Assembly: GCF_006345805.1 (NCBI RefSeq)
Contig: NW_021834092.1
Location: 1-27,690 of the forward strand
Length of the DNA stretch: 27,690 nucleotides
Direction: 5' to 3'
From: Octopus sinensis
Taxonomy: Eukaryota
Shown: positions 23,090 through 27,690 of the stretch, piece after piece
How the letters are laid out: the number at the start of each line of letters is the position of its first letter
How positions within the stretch are numbered: the first letter of the stretch is position 1
The notes under the pieces: model-generated
Databases searched by the model: none
The model's input: only the letters and a program-made list of their open reading frames with translations
What the model was told of the DNA's origin: nothing
Made by a program: the position numbers and the translations under genes

Positions 23090-23592
23090 CATACACACCA
23101 GAAAATGTCACAGAAAACGAGAAAGCAACCATACTCGGGGATATGCCAATACACACAGATAGAGAATTAAGGCCAACAGACCAGATATAGTTGTCAGAGA
23201 TCATGAAGAAAAAAGATGCTTTCTAATTTATGTATCAATGCCAGCAGATGACAACGTTTCTCTAAAAGAAATGGAGAAACTTTCAAATACAAAGACCTGG
23301 AAAAAGAGGTAACCAGAATGTGGAATCTGAAAACAGAAACAATTCCTATCATAGTAGGTGCATTAGGCATGATAAAAAAATATTCAGACAAATACATAAC
23401 AAAAACACCAGGAATTACGGACACATATAACATACAGAAAATTGCACTACTAAGCACTGCACACATCCTACGCAGAACACTTTCACTACAATAACCATCA
23501 GAGCATCACAACAAATCCCAGCACATACCCAAGGCACACAGAGGTGCGCTCGGTAGTGAAGTGAAAGCACGCTATAAAAATAAAACTACTGA
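23090..23592 (+). mobile_element. 5'-truncated Dong-like element, copy B (near-identical tandem duplicate of copy A)
   Basis: Same start (catacacaccagaaaatg) and end (aaactactga); the only differences I see are three 1-bp indels in A-runs. Confidence 0.92.
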
Positions 23593-23619
23593 ATTATAAT
23601 AATAATAATAATAATAATG

Positions 23620-23680
<61 letters not shown>

Positions 23681-23685
23681 TAGCA
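23593..23685. repeat. (TAA)n microsatellite
   Basis: Directly visible. Confidence 0.95.
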
Positions 23686-23979
23686 ATTATTATCAGGAGA
23701 ATAGCAACAGCAATAAAAATAATAATGGAATATTCCACATCTAGGATTCTACATGAAGGATTTTATTTTATATTTCTAAGTATGTCAATATGAGAATGTG
23801 TGTTTATGTGGGCGCGCACGTGTGCGTGTGCGTGTGTTTGAATATGTGTAGGTGTATGTGTGGGTGTGATGGCGTATCTACTTTTTAATAGTTCTTTAGA
23901 ATCTTTTCAAAGCCCCTTTTGTGTAGGGGAAAACGTTTTGCTGTTTCTACGCTGAAGAGCAGAATTAAAAACGAAACCA

Positions 23980-24025
23980 ATTATTATTATTGTTATCGTC
24001 GTTGTATTGTTATTGATTTTGTTTA

Positions 24026-24078
<53 letters not shown>

Positions 24079-24310
24079 TTATTATTATTATTATCTATAT
24101 TATCATTATTATAACTATTTGAGATGAACAAAGACGTAGGAAAAACAAAAAAACTAGTGTCTGTCTATGTACGTATATATATATATGTATGTATGTATGT
24201 ATGTATATATATATATATAATATATATATATATTCACACATATATATATATATATAATATATATATATATATACATATATATGTATATATATACATATAT
24301 ATTATGTAAG

Positions 24311-24343
<33 letters not shown>

Positions 24344-24810
24344 TTATTTATACACACGCACACCCACACACACGCACAAACAGAAACAAATATGGTCTCA
24401 TATATTATATAGATATAAATGTGTATTTATTAATAAATACACTAGTTGGCGGACAAAATATGTATATAGATGTACAAATACTTATAAATATGGATATATT
24501 TGTACATATGATTGCTTCTCTGTCTATCTGTCTGTGTGTGTATGAGTGTGTGTGTCTCTCTCTCTGTATGTATTTTTACTGTTTACTTTATTATTTTTAC
24601 TGTTTACTATATAAACATATACATACAAATATCTCTCCCCCCCTCTCTCTCTCGCTCTCTGTATAGATAGATAAATAGATAGGTAGAGTAAGTTAGAATC
24701 AAATAAAGAAAAGTAAAATGTTAGAGACAAAGAGAGAGCGAGAGAAAGAGAGAAAGAAACAGAAAACAAAGAAAGAGAGAAAGAAAGAAGGAAAACACGA
24801 AAGAAAGAAT
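23980..24810. repeat. Compound (ATT)n, (TA)n, (TG)n, (GA)n low-complexity region
   Basis: Directly visible. Confidence 0.85.
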
Positions 24811-25336
24811 GGCGGTAGGAAAGAGTCATGTTATTTCGAAGGGGCGATAGAGACATTCTGAAAGAAAAGTGTCAGATAGATCACGGAAAACGCAAACTTC
24901 CCCTCACAAACAAACAAACAAACAAGCACACACACAAACATGAAATCATCCACATTAGCGTGCGTCTATCTAAATTCCTCTTACACTGGTCTCTAAACGT
25001 CATAACTATCGGGTAATTACAGATGAAATGAAAAATTCTATTGTGTTTAAAAGTGAAAGATATTTCTTCGCCTTATTTGTTCACCTCTAATTGCCGCGAA
25101 TGTCTGCAATTTCGAAGGAAACGTTAAAATGTAAGCATAACAAGACGAACAAAATGATTAATAAACAAACCGTAACAATAGGAAGTCGACCATTATGTTG
25201 AATCCCAGAAAATAATAGCGAAAACCTGATTTATAATTGTCTGCTTTTATAGTAATGTTAAACTATAGGTTAGTTGTTGTTTGTGTTATTGTTGTTGCTG
25301 TTGATGCTTTGTGTCTTGTGCTGCAATGTTTATCCT

Positions 25337-25337
25337 T

Positions 25338-25375
<38 letters not shown>

Positions 25376-25497
25376 ACGCCGTGACTTTAATAGTTATTTC
25401 AGAGTATAAGCATAATATGTTTTAATAGATTCACGGTGTAACGGTTGTCGCTGCTGCTAGTGATGATCGTGATGAAGACGACGACGACGACGACGAC

Positions 25498-25535
<38 letters not shown>

Positions 25536-25566
25536 CGACGACGACGATGACGATGTTGTTGTTGTT
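25337..25566. repeat. (GAT)n and (GAC)n/(GAT)n trinucleotide repeats
   Basis: Two blocks, ~25337-25375 and ~25460-25566. Confidence 0.9.
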
Positions 25567-25868
25567 AATTCGACAGCCGCTTAGAATTTAGGAGTTTGGG
25601 GCATGGATGAGCTAAACAGAAGCTGCTGCCTTTGTACGATGTTCGATCTAAGATTGTCGATATTTCACGTAAATGTGGCGATTTATGAATACATACATAC
25701 ATATATACATACATATACACATACATATATACGTACGTACATACATACCTCATAAATGTATAATTACATAAAAACATACACGCATACATACATCAATACA
25801 TACCTGCATAAAATCATACAAACATATATCATCACTTTATTATCTCCCCTTCTCCCTAGCCCTCCTGT

Positions 25869-26080
25869 GTGACCCTCCTGACCGGCATTCGCCATGATAA
25901 ATCGCTAGCGACTACACATTCTTTATTTTCTCTCCTTGTTTCTTTCTGTGTTCCTTTCTATGGAAGAGCGTAGGCTCGAAACGTTAATGACTTTTTCACT
26001 TCCCGAGCATTATACTAATACATTTGTTTCTTGTCTACACCACCTGTCTTCGTCTTTTGTTTTTTTTTGTGTGAATTCTC
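25869..26080 (+). mobile_element. Short element with degenerate hammerhead-like core, related to 761-966
   Basis: gtgacc...tttCTATGGAagagcgtaggctcGAAAcgttaa...T-rich 3' half. Shares gaagagc/gctcgaaacgttaa with 864-898; followed by (CATA)n. Confidence 0.6.
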
Positions 26081-26124
26081 TACATACATACATACATACA
26101 TACATACATACATACATACATACA

Positions 26125-26158
<34 letters not shown>

Positions 26159-26168
26159 CATACATATA
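26081..26168. repeat. (CATA)n microsatellite
   Basis: Directly visible. Confidence 0.95.
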
Positions 26169-26387
26169 TAGAGAAACGTAATCCGATATATACATACATG
26201 CGTACATATGTAGATGCATGTATACACCTTGCACATGGATGCATACATATATACTCCGCATCCATATATACATATGTTGGTACAGACGTTTAGGCATACA
26301 TGTATACTCGATTATGTATGTATATTTATACGTTTGTATGTATACACATATGTACACGTACAGGCATACGAATACACATGCTGTATA

Positions 26388-26500
26388 TTACTATACCTCG
26401 ATTATCGCGGGTGTTACGTTCAAAACCCGCCGCGGTAGGTGAAAATCCGCGGAGTAGAAACAGTACTGAACTGTATATAACTTTTCAATTATTTTTTTAA
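26388..26500 (+). mobile_element. Probable single terminus of a pogo/Tigger-like DNA transposon or MITE
   Basis: atacctcgattatcgcgggtgttacgttcaaaacccgccgcggtaggtgaaaatccgcgg resembles Tigger-type termini from memory. CpG-rich with internal tatcgcgg/ccgcggta symmetry; no partner TIR seen. Confidence 0.5.
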
Positions 26501-26510
26501 CTTTATATAT

Positions 26511-26540
26511 GGGTGTAGGCATGGCTGTGTGGTAAGTAGT
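26511..26540 (+). mobile_element. SINE 5' head stub
   Basis: ggtgtaggcatggctgtgtggtaagtag matches the head at 15791. Confidence 0.65.
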
Positions 26541-26579
26541 TTCGAATGAGAGCATGTATCCCTACCCCGTAAAATTCTG

Positions 26580-26923
26580 TTGACTGTTCTTTGAGCAACG
26601 TCTTCACTAACTCCACACTCACCAGATTTAGTGCCTTCAAACTATCATCTCATTGGCGCCACGAAAGAGGGTTTGAGAGGCAAACATTATTCTAGTTACG
26701 ATGACGTGAAGACTGTAGTGAAGAGGTGGCTCAAAGAACAGTCAACAGATTTTTTACAGGGCAGGAATACATGCTCTTATTCGAAGGTGGGACATTGCTA
26801 TTGAGAAAGAAAACAGTGACTATGTTGAGGAGTAGGGATGTGATCCACGGAGTATCAGCTTCATTTTGATGTATGATACATGTTCCTATGTTGGTAATTA
26901 TACCTGTCCTAAACTCACCCTCG
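26580..26923 (+). mobile_element. Mariner transposon 3' remnant (transposase C-terminus pseudogene and partial right TIR)
   Basis: From 26613: PHSPDLVPSNYHLIGATKEGLRGKHYSSYDDVKTVVKRWLKEQSTDF, frameshift, YRAGIHALIRRWDIAIEK...DYVEE* (stop 26833-26835), matching the mariner YSPDLAPSDYHLF motif. Ends actcaccctcg followed by TA. Confidence 0.9.
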
Positions 26924-26960
26924 TAGATAGATAGATAGACAGACAGACAGATAGATAGAT

Positions 26961-26996
<36 letters not shown>

Positions 26997-27084
26997 GGAT
27001 GGATAGATGGATGGATGGATGGATGGATGGATGGATGGATGGATGGATGGATGGATAGATAGATAGACAGACAGACAGACATAC

Positions 27085-27117
<33 letters not shown>

Positions 27118-27163
27118 TATATATATATATTATATATATATATATATAGATAGATAGATAGAT

Positions 27164-27227
<64 letters not shown>
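26924..27227. repeat. (GATA)n/(GGAT)n/(GACA)n/(TA)n compound microsatellite
   Basis: Directly visible. Confidence 0.95.
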
Positions 27228-27453
27228 TATTTGGTGAAGAATGGAAGCCCAAAAGAGTCTTCATTGGGTATTGCATTATCCTTTTGCAAGACACATTTTT
27301 ATTAAATCTGATTTCAATGGAATATACGCGAGTGTTTACTGTTTTCAGAAAGGATCATAGCAAATTCTTGTTTTCTTCAAAATAACTATTTCTTACAAAT
27401 TCTAGCGTCTTATGTTCTTCTTCTTCTACCTACCGTACATTTATAAGTGACAT

Positions 27454-27538
27454 TTTACTTTTCTTTTTTTTATTCTTTTATTCTTTCTTCCCATTTTCTT
27501 ATTACTTATTTAATAGAAAATCGATTCTTGTTTGCAGG
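27454..27538 (+). other. Candidate 3' splice site
   Basis: Long pyrimidine-rich tract and ttcttgtttgcAG|G (AG at 27536-27537). Confidence 0.25.
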
Positions 27539-27655
27539 ACATCTTATGGCGAGACGATTGTTCCATAGAAAGCCGAATCTTGTTTACCAAACAAATTAGG
27601 TTTTAATTAGTGCTATATAAAAACATTCTCCTGCTGTCACTCTATTGCATTAAAT

Positions 27656-27690
27656 TCTTCTTCTTCTTCTTCTTCTTCTTCTTCTTCTTC
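27656..27690. repeat. (TTC)n microsatellite running off the window end
   Basis: Directly visible. Confidence 0.95.

Noticed and set aside
27538-27606. Coding exon after the candidate acceptor
   Set aside because: The frames I translated close within about 20-25 codons, the peptides are unrecognisable, and no clear donor site is present.

Overview
AT-rich, microsatellite-saturated eukaryotic non-coding DNA. The SINE families and repeat style point to a coleoid cephalopod, probably Octopus (inference from recalled repeat families, not a search). No credible host protein-coding gene is visible, and nearly all listed ORFs are translations of simple repeats. Supported content: (i) several tRNA-headed SINEs, including an adjacent inverted pair; (ii) a tRNA-Glu-derived relic; (iii) three or four ~180-210 bp microsatellite-embedded elements carrying minimal hammerhead-ribozyme-like cores of the Penelope type; (iv) a ~4.7 kb cluster (18.9-23.6 kb) of five same-strand R4/Dong-type non-LTR retrotransposon pieces, each bounded by (TAA)n, including an internally deleted copy with both ends and an open N-terminal ORF, plus a near-identical tandem duplicate; (v) mariner and probable pogo/Tigger remnants near 26.4-26.9 kb; (vi) two minisatellites and two isolated candidate splice acceptors.
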